A stretch of DNA of 64,000 bases from Geosiphon pyriformis uo1 (lineage: Eukaryota; Fungi; Glomeromycota): the NCBI GenBank assembly GCA_016748015.1, contig JAAOMT010000659.1:747222-811221 (forward strand), given 5' to 3'. The stretch's first letter is position 1, and each line of letters starts with the position of its first letter. This document shows positions 38,276 to 51,040 of the stretch, piece by piece. The notes under the pieces are model-generated. The model had not been told where the DNA came from. It did no database searches and worked only from the letters and a program-made list of their open reading frames with translations. The position numbers and the translations under genes were made by a program.

Positions 38276-38944
38276 TGTTACATGTTGGAGTAACAAGCTA
38301 ATGGATAGCAAGGGAGAACAGGATTGTAAGGTGATGGAAATAATCAAAGGGGAATTCAACTTTAAAGAGCGAATTGAATGAGTATGGATTCAATGTGCGA
38401 GATCAGTCTCATAAAATATCTCAGTTGCTATTCTTTTCAAAGGTAACTGGGGAATTTGAAGGTAGAGGGATAGTCTGTACTGTTAACAATTGATCACCGC
38501 TGGTATTAATTCTATGCCTTCATGTCAGCACTCTTAGAATTCAATATCAGGTATCAACTTGTGTTCTTTAATCACATTTATACAAATAGTCTTCAAATAC
38601 TACAATTATTCAAACAGGAAAAAGGCCAACAAGTAATCTTTTATCTTAAGATGTTTGGATACTTGAAGATAAGGAAAGGGAAATTAGCAATAAGAGAGTG
38701 ATTGAGATGAAAGTTGTTATTTTTATTTATTTGATTCTTGTCTGAAAGATGATTTTCTACAACTAAGAGACTCATCGCTTATATAGCTATTGAAAGTAGT
38801 CAACAACCAGGTCAACGACTAGGTTAATGATTAAGTCAATGATCAGGTCAATGATCACTATCTAAAAATAGAGTGGCTAATTATATAACATCAGTGACTA
38901 ATACATGTAATAACTAATAAAAATTATGGGTTTCAACTGTAACA
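38276..38944 (-). mobile_element. Solo LTR, family D
   Basis: TGTTACA..TGTAACA, TSD ATAT/ATAT. Confidence 0.9.
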
Positions 38945-40530
38945 ATATCACAAATTAAAAAGCTGACAAAAATTTTTTTGTCAAATTTTTCTTTTTAATA
39001 TACACAAATAATTAATTTGTAGATATCTTGAATAAAGTAATATATATTACAAAAAACTGCCAACTCATTAGTTATCAAATATCTTTCTAAAATTTCAATA
39101 AAAAGAAACAAAAAAGAACAAATGACAGTTTTAACCAATTCATTAGCTTAATTATTACCAAAATTACCTGAATAATTTTTAATTTTTAACCAAATTATCT
39201 TATATTTTTGTATATTATTAAATTGATAACATAATGCTTTTTTATTTAGCATTAGTTGTAAAAGTCTAATTTAAACAAACTGAGTTCTGTATTGTAAGTA
39301 TCAATAAGTGTTTTAATTGTCCAAATATAAAACCATAGTATTGAAAACAAATATATAATTCAAAGCCAAAACAACAGTCTACAGTTTAGTTAAAGTAAAA
39401 AACACTATCTCAAAAATCTTAACACCAAAACTTATATTCATATTTGTAAAATAAACAACTGTCTTACCAGTTATCTTAAATAAGCCCAAATTTTTTACAA
39501 ATTATTAATATATATATTAAACACATTAATTTAAATTCTATGTAAAAGATTTTTTATTAACTTAAAATTATCTAAATTCAAAACATTATAAAACACTAAA
39601 CCAGAAACAACTACTATACTTCTAATTACAAGATCTAATTCATTCAAAAAACAGGATATTGCAACAAATTAAAATGAAACAAAACCCTTTAAATCCAACT
39701 TTTTTCAATAATAAAATGTTTTTCAAGTTATTAATTTATTATACTTTTTTAAAAGTTTGTTACTAAAAACAATACCAAAATATTTTAGAAAACTTACTAT
39801 CTTATAGTAAACTGTTTTTCTCAAAATATTAAACATTAGAAACTTGCTTGGACTGTGAAAAACATTTAGCAAGTTGTTTGCTAAAAAAAGCTTATTATTC
39901 CAAAACACTTTAACCATTTTAGTAAGAAAATTGTTTACAAAACTGACTTTTATTCTAACAAAATACTATAAAAAATCAGCCAAAACTCAGCTCAAAGCTT
40001 ACAAGTCCAAAAAACAATATTTAAACATAACAACTAAAAAAATCTTTAAGCAATCCAGTTTTTAATCTTAAATTTTTTCTAATCATAATATGAATTGTTT
40101 TAACTGATAGATTATTAGTAAACTTATTTATTTTTTAATTGTTATATATTATTATTATTGATGATTACGTTTATATAATTATTGCTAAGAATTTGTTTTC
40201 AAAAATTGGTTTTCTAAGTTATTTTTAGTGTTTAAAGATACTGTCAAAGCTGGTTTGTGTATTGTAAATCTTGTTTATAATATGGCTGTATATTACAGAT
40301 TGAATATTTTGGTTGCTAAATTCTAAGCTAAGAGCTAAGTATAAGAAGAAGAGTTTAATTATTAATAATAAGTTGGTTTTAATTGATGTTCATAGTTTTG
40401 TTGTATTTAGCTTTAAAAATTTAGTTTGTAAGAAAGATTTTGTTCAAAGCAGACTTTTTAGCTTTGGTTTTACTGTTGGTTTGCAGTTGGTTTTAGACAT
40501 TTTTTGTGGGCTCATAGAAGTTGTTAGTAC

Positions 40531-41281
40531 TGTTACAGTTGAAACTCATACTTTTTATTAGTTATTACATATATTAGCCACTAATGTTATATAATTAGCC
40601 ACCTTATTTTTAGATAATGATCATTGACTTGATCAATAATCTAACTATTGATTTAATTATTGACCTAATTATTGACTTGATCAATGATCTGATTGTTAAT
40701 CTGATTATTGACTTAATTATTGACCTAGTTATTAACCCAATCATTGACCACTTTTGATAACTATATAAGCAATAAATCTCTTAACTAAAAAAAAACATGT
40801 TAGAAATCAAGGAAATTAAATAAATAAAATAACAACTTTTATTTTAATCCTTTTCTTATTACTAAATTCTCTTTTTTTATTTTCAAGTATTCAAACATCT
40901 TGAAATAAAAGATCACTTGTTGGTTATTTTTTATCTTTTTTCTGAAATGTGTAATTGTAGCATTTGAAGATTATTAAATAAAACATGACTGAAGAATACA
41001 TCTAATATCTGATATTGAATTCTAAGAATGCTAATGTAAGACATAGAATTATATCAATATGTGATTATTTGTTGACAATACAGACTATCTTTCTACTTTC
41101 AGATTCCTGGTTATCTTTTGAAAAGTATAGCAACTGAGATATTTTATGAGACTGATCTCACACATTGAATCCATACTTATTCAATTTGCTCTTTGAAGTT
41201 GAATTCCCTTTGATTCCTTTCATCACCCTACAATCCTGTTCTCCCTTGCTATCCGTTAGCTTGTTATTCCAATCCGTAACA
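40531..41281 (+). mobile_element. Solo LTR, family D, ending 184 bp upstream of MRPL4
   Basis: TGTTACA..CGTAACA, TSD GTAC/GTAC, 12-bp tandem array at 40620-40750. Confidence 0.92.
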
Positions 41282-41464
41282 GTACTATAGACGCGTAGTG
41301 TTGCTCGAGTAGCTGGTCACGTGTAAGCCACGCTTATTTTTGATTGTGTTGGGCTGCACTCGTTAGATAAATAAAAATAACTAAATAAAATACATTTTTA
41401 TTATATGTTGATTTTTATAATACTAGTGTTAAGAGTTTTGGTATTTTTGAAATTATGCAACCAG
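41282..41464 (+). promoter_or_regulatory. Putative MRPL4 proximal promoter derived from a LINE 3'UTR; GTCACGTG box at 41316-41323
   Basis: CpG-retaining and directly upstream of the ATG; aligns with the LINE 3'UTRs at 10711-10823 and 51052-51172(-). Confidence 0.5.
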
Positions 41465-42331
41465 ATGAATAATCTTCTTTCCTCGGGTTTAACATCCACT
41501 ATCTTAAAATATCATAGGAGTATGTTCTGCAAAGCAAGACCCTTTTTTCGCCGAGCTGTTCAAACTATGGCTGAAAGTAAGCTAAAAGCTTTTGAAGAAA
41601 AAGATGCTGCAAGCGTCAAAGGCTTGTATGAATTCTTTATAGATGGAAAAAAAGCGTTAGCGAGTCTTGAGGATTTGAAAGTTGGTTTGTGTTTCGATAA
41701 CCGGAATATTGTACTATACGACTGGTTGGTTCGCTTTAGATCATTTATGTTAATAGCTTGCTACTGAAAGGGCGCTCATGGCGTGCTGCTGAGCTTCGCA
41801 AGAAAGGTTTTGAAGATCTGCACAAACTTTGGTATATTTTGTTGAAAGAGCGTAATTTGCTCGCAACCATGAAACAAGAAGCAAAACGATTTAACAAATA
41901 TGAAGATCTTTGGGCAGAAGCATTTCAAAAGAGAAATCTTAAGGTGATTTTCAAGTGATTGGGATTAATTATTTTGCTACTGTCTAGAGATCTCGCTCTC
42001 TAATCTTCTTGTTTAGTGTGTGAAAGCTATGGCACGAATAAAATTTGTCTTGAGTGAACGCCGCCATTGTTTTGAATATGCCAAACAAAGCGATCTCGAA
42101 TACTTTAATTTCAGGTCGAATAAGGAAAGAGAAGAAAAACGACTGAAAGAGCCAGAGCCTATAGTTATTCACCCACAAGTTCCTAGAAGACCTCTTTCGA
42201 GAAGAGAAAGAAATCAAAAACGTATAGCTGAGGAAAAGAGCAACAAAGAAAACATGTGGAAGAACGGAATATATCCTTGGACCAAACCTTCACCAAAATA
42301 CAAAGGTGGTTTCCGTCTGTACAAGAAATAA
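41465..42331 (+). CDS. MRPL4: Mitochondrial ribosomal protein uL29m (MRP-L47 domain); exons 41465-41684, 41771-41943, 42017-42331
   Basis: [44 protein letters not shown], basic N-terminal presequence, GT-AG introns in consistent phase. Confidence 0.92.
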
Positions 42332-44059
42332 TTCCTTCTTTGGAATTAGATAAGGCTTTTAGAAACAAAAATCATTAGTTTTACCATAAGTTTGAGGAAT
42401 ACTGAAAGTGAGTCATAATCAATAAATTTTTAATTTTCCTTTTAAACTGGAAGATTCAAATTTTATTTCATGAAAATCTGTGCAATTTTGTATATTTTTT
42501 AATAAATAAAATGCCTGATATAAAATATTGGTTACTTAATTTGAAAATTAAAATAATTTATATTTATAAATTTAACAATATTACAAAATCTATAAAAAAC
42601 ATTTTGCTTATTTATTGTATAAATATAAATTATATAAATTAAATATATGATTTTTTTTAGCTTTATAAATTTATGGTTTTAATTAAAGCAGAAAAAACAA
42701 AATTTTTTTAATTATTATCAAGAATATTATTATAAAAATGTTTTTAATAATTGTAAAAGTTTTAAATTTTTTTTTAATATATAGTTTTATTATAATACAA
42801 TAATAAGATATTTTAAAATAAGTATTATTTAAATGTTTTTTATATATTGTTATAAGTTGAAGTAATAAGCTAATAGATAACAAAAAAAAACATAATTATA
42901 AAGTAATAGAATAAATCAAAAGAATTTCAACTTCAAAGAGTAAATTAAATGAGTAAAGATTCAATATGTAAAATCAGTCTTATAAAATATTTTAGTTGCT
43001 ATTCTTTTTAAAAAATAATTAAAAAATTTAAAGATAGAAAAATAATCTGTATTGTTAACAAATAATAATATACTGGTATAATTTTATGCTTTATGTTAAT
43101 GCTTTTAAAATTTAATATTAGATATTAAATGTATTCTTTAGTCATGTTTTATTTAATAATTTTTAAATATTACAATTATATAAATCAAGAAAAAGATAAA
43201 TAAATGTTAACAAATAATCTTTTATTTTAAGATATTTAGATATTTGAAAATAAGAAAAGGGAAATAAACAATATGAGAAGAATTAAGATAATAATAATTA
43301 TTTTATTTATTTTTAATTATTGGTATTGTTACAGGTGACAATTTTTGTTGTTGGATTAAATAAAAAACTTATAACTTAATGCTCAAATCTAGTTGCAGTT
43401 GATAGTAATCTGAAGGTTTGTGCCTGAAAAGTTTGTATCTAAAAGGTTTGGTTGAGTTCTTTGTATAATGGACAAAGATTCAATGATAATAGTTTTATCC
43501 ATAGTTTTCCGAAACTGCAGTTTTGTCAATTTCTTTTTTAGCTTGGTGGCCGGTATTCCTCCTGGTAAGCTATCCTCAATCGAGTGTTCTATCCTTATTC
43601 CTGGGTCTTTTACCAGTCACGTTTATCCTGACATTAGTGCCCCATGCATTAATCCTCAATAGAGTTAATAAACAACAATAAAATCAAAGCAAGAAAATAA
43701 AGAAAGAAAAGAAATAAGCTAAGGTGATTTGCAAGTTAGTATTTTATCAATAGCTGTGATCAAGAGCTATTGTTCCAGTGTGGTTAAGTGTTAATAGTGG
43801 AAATAGATTTGAGATAACAAATAGTTATTTATTAGATGATTGTGATTTGAAGAGTTGCTTAGATTAAATCTAAACTTGAGAGATCTGTTTTTTCAGTTTC
43901 TAATCCTACTGCTATATATACATAATTGAGATTCCTCAATTCTTTGTAACAGGAATCCTGGAATTTTGGAATCCTGCAATTCCTCATTGAGGAATCCTGA
44001 AATTTCTGGAATCCTGCAATTCCTCTGAGAGAAATCCTGGAATTCCACATTTACTACAT

Positions 44060-47000
44060 TGTTACCGGAGGTTTTTGGGTCTCTTTTCTTGAATGTTGTT
44101 GATGTTGATTTGCTGTGAATTCACATTTCCAGAAAGTAGTTGAACCTTCAGTAACTGAATTTATCTTCAAATTATCTCCTATAATTTGAACTGTTGGACT
44201 TATAAGTGGAATGGCCAATTTTGTGCCAGTTGCTTTGTGTAGTTATGTTGTAGTAAATGTCAACTCTTTCTCAAGAATTGCTCGTCTGGAAGCTCACTAA
44301 AAATGTGTAGTTACTTTACTGTAAAAGTCAACTCTTCTACAGGAATCTCGTCTGTAGGCTACTCTAATGATTATAATAAAAAAATAAAAAAAAATAAAAG
44401 AAATGTAAAAGAAATGGGATTTTATCAAGAGAAACGTTTTCTATCCAGGCCTGGAATTACTAACAGTTTACTGAAATTGGTAGCTAATCAATTTCAAAAC
44501 GTTAGTTGGGTTTTGAGGATTTTCTAAGTATAATAATTAAAGAATTTGGTTTTTCGAATTATTTGATATTTATTTCTTTTTGTGTGTATAGGAATAGTTC
44601 TAAGTGATAAATCTAAAGTAAGATATATTTTCTTGAAGAGAGAAGCTCTTCTTTTATACAACTTGTTGTAACACTATTCCATGAACTTGAACTTTGCTCT
44701 TTTCTATAATTTTGCTGAACTAAAGATACATTTCAGCAAACTACAAGTTATTTCTGCGAACTATTAGATATTTCGGTGAACTATCAATTATTTCGGCAAA
44801 TTTCTACAAATTTTGGCAAACTTTTGAATGTTACNNNNNNNNNNNNNNNNNNNNTTTATTTCTTTTTGTGTGTATAGGAATAGTTCTAAGTGATAAATCT
44901 AAAGTAAGATATATTTTCTTGAAGAGAGAAGCTCTTCTTTTATACAACTTGTTGTAACACTATTCCATGAACTTGAACTTTGCTCTTTTCTATAATTTTG
45001 CTGAACTAAAGATACATTTCAGCAAACTACAAGTTATTTCTGCGAACTATTAGATATTTCGGTGAACTATCAATTATTTCGGCAAATTTCTACAAATTTT
45101 GGCAAACTTTTGAATGTTACATATTTCGGGGTATTGCATGATTGATCATCGCACTTAGGTTACATTTGCATTATGTATAAATTGGGTTATTAATTAAATG
45201 ATAATTTCAGATATTTTGCTAATGTAATAAGTGATGATTTGAAACGATAATATATGCTAATTAATAATAAAATTTATAAGGGTAATTTCATGTTAAACAA
45301 TATCTCTAATTTCGTTTGGTAACATAATCTTCTCCTCAAGACTGAGCTCTGTCGAAGTCCAAGTACTGTCTGTAATTTCCAGATAATAATCCAAAATTAT
45401 TGAAGAAATTTAGTTTGAAAATTGTTGAAATTTCAGTTCTGTGAGCTTTCCAATGTATTGAATCTTCAAGGGTTGTAAAATTGGATTTTGTAAGATGTTT
45501 TCACAGGTGTAGAATAGGTTGTAAAGTCTAAGAGCAGCTCTTAGTTTATAACGACTGTTTGTAGATCCAGCTGTTGTTTTGAATTCATTGTGGAGTTGTT
45601 TTTGGATAGCTTCTTTTGTGAGGTTTGCTGCTGTAAGCTCCTGTTTTCGTTCATGAAGTATTTTTCCAATGTAGAAATATCTATATATTGGGAGGTATTT
45701 GCTGTTTTTCTTATTAAGACACAGTTGAAGTTTTTGTTGAACAGTAGCATTTGGTAGAATACTAATAGGGGTGAGTAATAAGTTTTCTCTTAAAGCAAGC
45801 TTTAAAAGTTCTGGCAGATGAATTCCAGAATAACTTCTTGTGTTCTTCTTATATGGGTGATATCTTCGTGAATTTGGGGCTAAATTTGTAACTACTTCTG
45901 TTTGGGTATAATTAATGTGGTTTCCAGTAATAGTAATGGATAATTCGGGTATTGTTTTTAAAGCTAACATTAGTTTTTGAGATAATTGTTGAATGTTTTG
46001 AGGAATAGTCATTATAAGAGATTTGAAAATAAAAGAAAATTATTTTTGGTGTATGGGTTTTTATGTTATTTTTGCTTTGTTTATGTGAGATTGTTTTTAA
46101 ATTACAAGGAGATAACTATGATGATAAATTTAAGTTGAGTGTTCAAGTTGGAGGTTGTTTAATAACAACTATTGGTTTTAAATTTTAGGAAATATCTTTG
46201 GGATTGATTAAAAGAAAATGTGTACCAATTTGTGGAATTAATAGTTCAGGATTGTTTCTGGAATTATAGTGTTTTAAACAATCTCCATGTGCAACTTTTG
46301 CTAGAATTTTGTCATCAAGTCTTAGCTTGTATGATCCATTACCTAGAACTTTATGGATAAAGAATGGTCTATTCCATTTATTTTCAAATTTTCCACTCCA
46401 TTGTTTTTCAGCTTTAGTTCTGTGTAAGAAAACTTTGTTTCCAACTTTAAATTCGTTGGTGACTGGTGGCAGTTTGTTGTCATGCCATTCTTTTTGTTGA
46501 ACTTGGGAGTATTCGATATGGGTGGCTGCTATTTGTCATTTTTCTTCCAATGTGCTGAGAAGAGTATAGGCTCTTTGTTGAAGTGTTTCCTGAAAGTTTT
46601 CTTTGTTGATTGATTGTACTGGATATGGTTCTATGGTAAAATTAATTGGTAACATTGCTATTCTTCTATAGGCTAAGTCAAATGGTATGTGTTTTGTGGT
46701 ATCTTGTTTTAGTGTTCTGTATGCTAGTAACACTGATGGAATAAAGATATTCTATTCTTGCTCAAAATTGGTTGGGACTTTGGCTAATGACTCACACAAT
46801 GTTCTATTAAAACATTCCACAAGTCCGTTTGTTTGTGAATGGTAGGATGAAGATAAAGATCTCTTGACATTGAATCGTTCACAAATTTCTTGAATTAGAT
46901 TGTTTATGAAGTGTGTTTCTTGATTGGATAAAAGTTCAATTGGGCATCCATGTCTACAAATAATGTTTTTATAGATGAAATTTGCTACTGATTTCACATC

Positions 47001-49753
47001 TGCTCATTGAATGGCTCTGGCTTCAGGCTATTTAGTAAGATAATCTACAGCTACTGCAATATAATGGTTTTCTTGGTTTGTGATAGGTAGTGGTCTGACT
47101 AAATCGATACTGATTTAGTCAAAAGGCTGTCCAACTTTGATTGGATTTAAAGATTCTGTAGGATAGGTTCCTCCTCTTCTTTGACAACTATCACAAGATT
47201 TAACGTATTCATGAATGTCTTTTCTCATTTGAGACCAAAAGTAATATTCTAGTGCTTTTTGGGTGGTGCTGTCTTTTCCTAAATGTGCTGATGCAGGGTC
47301 TGAGTGCATGTTGTATAAAATAGTTTCTTTTTCATGTTCTTGTATTAATCTGAGTAGACTGTCTGGGTTTCTGAAGTTTCGATAATAAATAATGTTGTTG
47401 TGTAAGAAGTATTGTTTGGCTTGTTGTTATAACCAATGTTTTTTGTCTGGGGACCAATCTGTTGGGATTGTTAATGTCTCCAGATATTGTTTAAGATTGT
47501 TGTAGTTTTTGGGGTTTATTGTTTGTTGTTTTGTTGTTAATTCAAATAGGTGTTGGTTTTGTATTCTTCTTCAGGTGAAATGCAGACTCCTATTGATGAG
47601 AGTTTCTTGTGGCAATCTTTGCATTTGAGTGGAATGTAAGGGTGTTGTTTCCATGGTTCTGGTTTTGAATAGGAAACATTCCATCCTGGTGTCATTGGTT
47701 CTTCTATCTCGAGGGAATTGTTGGTTGAAAAATACTTTTGTTCAGTTTCATTAGCCCAATTGGAGGTTGATCCAAGTGCCATAAAAGTTTTAATTGTTGG
47801 CTTTTCTTCTGCTGGTTTGAATTCAAAAGCTGGGGCTTTTTCGGAATGTTTATTGAATATACCACAAGTGGCAAGTACCCAGGCATGTTGTCCTTGGTAG
47901 GAGAGTTGTTGGTCAAGCCATTCTTGAGGACTAGTCTCAATGTTTTCTCTATTAAATTCAGGGATTTTTGCGATGTATGTTGTTATTTCGTCTTCTTCAT
48001 TTTTACTGTTTATTAATTCTTCTTCGGATATTTCAGAGTTGTTTTCTTTGTTTGCTGTTGTCTCAGAGTGTTCACTTTGATTTTCAGCTAGAAAATTAAG
48101 GAGATTGGAACTAGTTTAAAGGGATTCTTGTTGTCTGGTGGGACTTCTGAGTGATGTAAAATTTTCTGGTCTTGCAAATCGATTTAAGGGTGAATTAGGT
48201 GTTTGTGCTTGTGCAAGTGAAGCTGGAAAAGGTGTGATAGTAAGTGAAAGTTTTGAACTGGTTTCTTGTTCAGGTGTTTGTAAATGTTTGGCAGTTGTTT
48301 TCTGTAGTGTTGAAGTATTTGAGGTGGTTTTTGAGTATTGCTTCAATTTGTTTTTGCCTTTGTTGCTTGTTTTTGTTTCCAATTCAAAATCAATAGAGTA
48401 TTGAGACTGCACTGGATATGTTTTTTCACAGTACTTGATAATGTTAAAATTAAGTTTGTGAAAATAAGTGACAAGTGTTTCACTGTCAAGGTTTTCAGTT
48501 CCCAACTGTGAATAGTATACTAAATTATTGTAAAGATTGCTTCTAACTTCTGAGATATTGTAATTTCCAAAAAGATAATTATTGATGTGGTTTTTAATGT
48601 ATTGGTATACTGATTTCTTGACAATTTCAATTCTGTCTGGAATGTTGAATTTTTGCTTGCAGTGGGTGTAAATTGACTGGTAATACTCTAGAGTTGTTGC
48701 ATCTGGTGTGGTTGCCACTTTTGAAGTTGTTTTTGCTGTGTTGTTTCCATGAGAGAGCACCAAATGTTACTGGAGGTTTTTGGGTCTCTTTTCTTGAATG
48801 TTGTTGATGTTGATTTGCTGTGAATTCACGTTTCCAGGAAGTAGTTGAACCTCCAGTAACTGAATTTATCTTCAAATTATCTTCTATAATTTGAACTGCT
48901 GGGCTTATAAGTGGAATGGCCAATTCCATGCCAGTTGCTTTGTGTAGTTACATTGTAGTAAATGTCAACTCTTTTTCAGGAATTGCTCATCTGGAAGCTC
49001 ACTAAAAATGTGTAGTTACTTTACTATGAAAGTCAACTCTTTTACAGGAATCTCGTCTGTAGACTACCCTAATGATTATAATAAGAAAATAAAAGAAAAT
49101 AAAAGAAAATAAAAGAAATGTAAAAGAAATGGGATTTTATCAAGGGAAACGTTTTCTATCCAGGCCTGGAGTCACTAACAGTTTACTGAAATTGGTAGCT
49201 AATCAATTTCAAAATGTTAGTTGGGTTTTGAGGATTTTCCAAGTATAATAATTAAAGAATTTGGTTTTTCGAATTATTTGATATTTATTTCTTTTTATGT
49301 GTGTAGGAATGATTCTAAGTGATAAATCTAAAGTAAGATATATTTTCTCGAAAAGAGAAGCTTTTCTTTTATACAACTTGTTGTAACACTATTCCATGAA
49401 CTTGAACTTTGCTCTTTTTTATAATTTTGCTGAACTAAAGATACATTTCGGTAAACTACAAGTTATTTCTGTAAACTATTAGATATTTTGATGAACTATT
49501 AATTATTTCGGCAAATTTTTACAAATTTCAGCAAACTTTTGAATGTTATATATTTCGGGGTATTGCATGATTGATCATCGTATTTAAGTTACATTTGCGT
49601 TATGTACAAATTGGGTTATTAATTAAATGATAATTTCGGATATTTTGCTAATGTAATAAGTGATGATTTGAAACGATAATATATGCTAATTAATGATAAA
49701 ATTTATAAGGGTAATTTTATGCTAAACAATATCTCTAATTTCATATGGTAACA
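44060..49753 (-). mobile_element. Internally deleted non-autonomous Gypsy, family B (gag 5' part, Cys-rich remnant, IN, ORF3; no PR/dUTPase/RT/RH)
   Basis: LTRs 44060-45324 (includes the gap duplication) and 48765-49753. PBS TGGTGCTCTCTC, PPT GAGGAGAAG, TSD ACAT/ATGT, IN fragments at ~46130-47519. Confidence 0.9.
45410..46012 (-). CDS. Family B ORF3, 200 aa stop-free (frame continues into the LTR past one TAA), unknown function
   Basis: Own ATG downstream of IN; aligns end to end with A1/A2 ORF3. Confidence 0.7.
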   Translation of the reverse strand: MTIPQNIQQLSQKLMLALKTIPELSITITGNHINYTQTEVVTNLAPNSRRYHPYKKNTRSYSGIHLPELLKLALRENLLLTPISILPNATVQQKLQLCLNKKNSKYLPIYRYFYIGKILHERKQELTAANLTKEAIQKQLHNEFKTTAGSTNSRYKLRAALRLYNLFYTCENILQNPILQPLKIQYIGKLTELKFQQFSN

Positions 49754-50274
49754 ATGTTTACATTTGATTGGCTAATATCTACTGACTATAATACTATATT
49801 TTCTATATTCTATAAGTAACAGTATATGTTTTTTTATAGCTAAGAGACTTATTATTTATATAGTTATTAAAAGTGGTTAATAATTAGATTAATAACTAGA
49901 TTAATAATTAAGTTAATAATTAAGTTAATGATTAGATTAATAATCAGGTCATTAATTAGGTTAATAATTATTATTTAAAAATAGAGTGGCTAAATATATA
50001 ATATTACTGGCTAATACATGTGATATTTAATAAAAACTATAGATTTTAACCATAAAAATATAACTAAACATTAATGTAATTAAAACCAAATAAATTATTA
50101 TATTATATTATAAATTTTGAATTAATTTATTAAAAAGTTAAGAAATAAAATTTTTAAAAAAATCTAATTATCATGTTTTAATAATTTTTAAAAAGTAATT
50201 ATATTGGTTAAAATTTTCAAATTGGTAAAACAATATAAATAATACTAAGTTTTAAAACAAGATTATATATATAT

Positions 50275-50746
50275 TTTTATTTTTATTTAATGAGTAAAGT
50301 TCAAACATTACTTAGAACTATATATTAAAGAAATGATCTAAACTAAGTGCGAATCATGCACTTTCTACATGTGACCAACCACTCGAGCCAGTTAGGACAA
50401 CACTACACAATTATATTAACAGAAACCAGGTCATCAATGCCTGAGAAAAAAGAACAAGATTTGTGAAAGCCAAAATGGACACCAAAAGCCTCAACAATAC
50501 CAAGCAATTTAACCACACCATCTGAAAACCTCAAAACCAAACCAGAAACTGAGATGGAAATCAAGCCATCCACTGGGATCAGACCATTCTTTTTTATGTA
50601 TGCATGATACTTGGCACGGACCAACCAAATGTTATTCCTGAAAGCAATACAAAAAGAGTGCACAAAATCAGCAATCTTGATGTCAGTGACTTTGGAATCA
50701 TGGAAGATGGAGATAGCCTCCTGAATCCATCCTTTGAAAATGAAAA
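50275..50746 (-). mobile_element. 5'-truncated LINE 3' fragment with 3'UTR and A-rich tail
   Basis: ORF 50403-50663 matches the ORF2 C-terminus of 51173-51763. Confidence 0.88.
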
Positions 50747-51040
50747 TTATATTAAAGTTAATTATTAATAATTATTTTTATTATTGTTAAAGCAGCTAAA
50801 TAAAATATTTTGATAATATTTTTTTTAAATATTAATAGTAAAAAGTTGTTTTTGGTGAGTTTTAAAGTATTTTTTTATTTTTGATTAGTAATTTTTTTTC
50901 AGTTAAAGTTTTTTTTAAAAAACATACTTAAATTAGTTTCAATATTGTTTTTATTATTTTTAAAAACTCCAAAGTTTCTAATAATATATTAGTTAACAAG
51001 CTAGTTTTTCTTATTATTATTATTAATACTATTAATAATA

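Larger units (their letters stand above)
38110..41390. mobile_element. Old 5'-truncated, 5'-inverted LINE: RNase H region on - (~38110-40095), ORF2 C-terminus + 3'UTR + A tail on + (~40100-41390); two solo LTRs inserted
   Basis: Minus strand: MVKVFWNNKL.. (39723-39917), TKL*TVVLAL, WLKIKNYSGNFGNN*ANELVK. Plus strand: ..AKYKKKSLI..VVSTIDA* then the LINE 3'UTR motif. Confidence 0.75.
43327..49821 (-). mobile_element. Family A solo LTR (43327-44059 + 49754-49821)
   Basis: Matches the A2 LTR; TSD GTAT/GTAT. Confidence 0.9.
42848..50057 (-). mobile_element. Old family D solo LTR (42848-43326 + 49822-50057) hosting nested insertions
   Basis: Both halves are collinear with 38276-38944 but more A/T-mutated; flanks ATAT/ATAT. 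Confidence 0.75.

Noticed and set aside
44568-45120. ~266-bp duplication in the family B 3' LTR
   Set aside because: Exact copy either side of the gap at 44835-44854 and absent from the partner LTR; artefact.
45410-46012. ORF3 as a retroviral envelope
   Set aside because: Too short, with no signal peptide, fusion peptide or transmembrane anchor.
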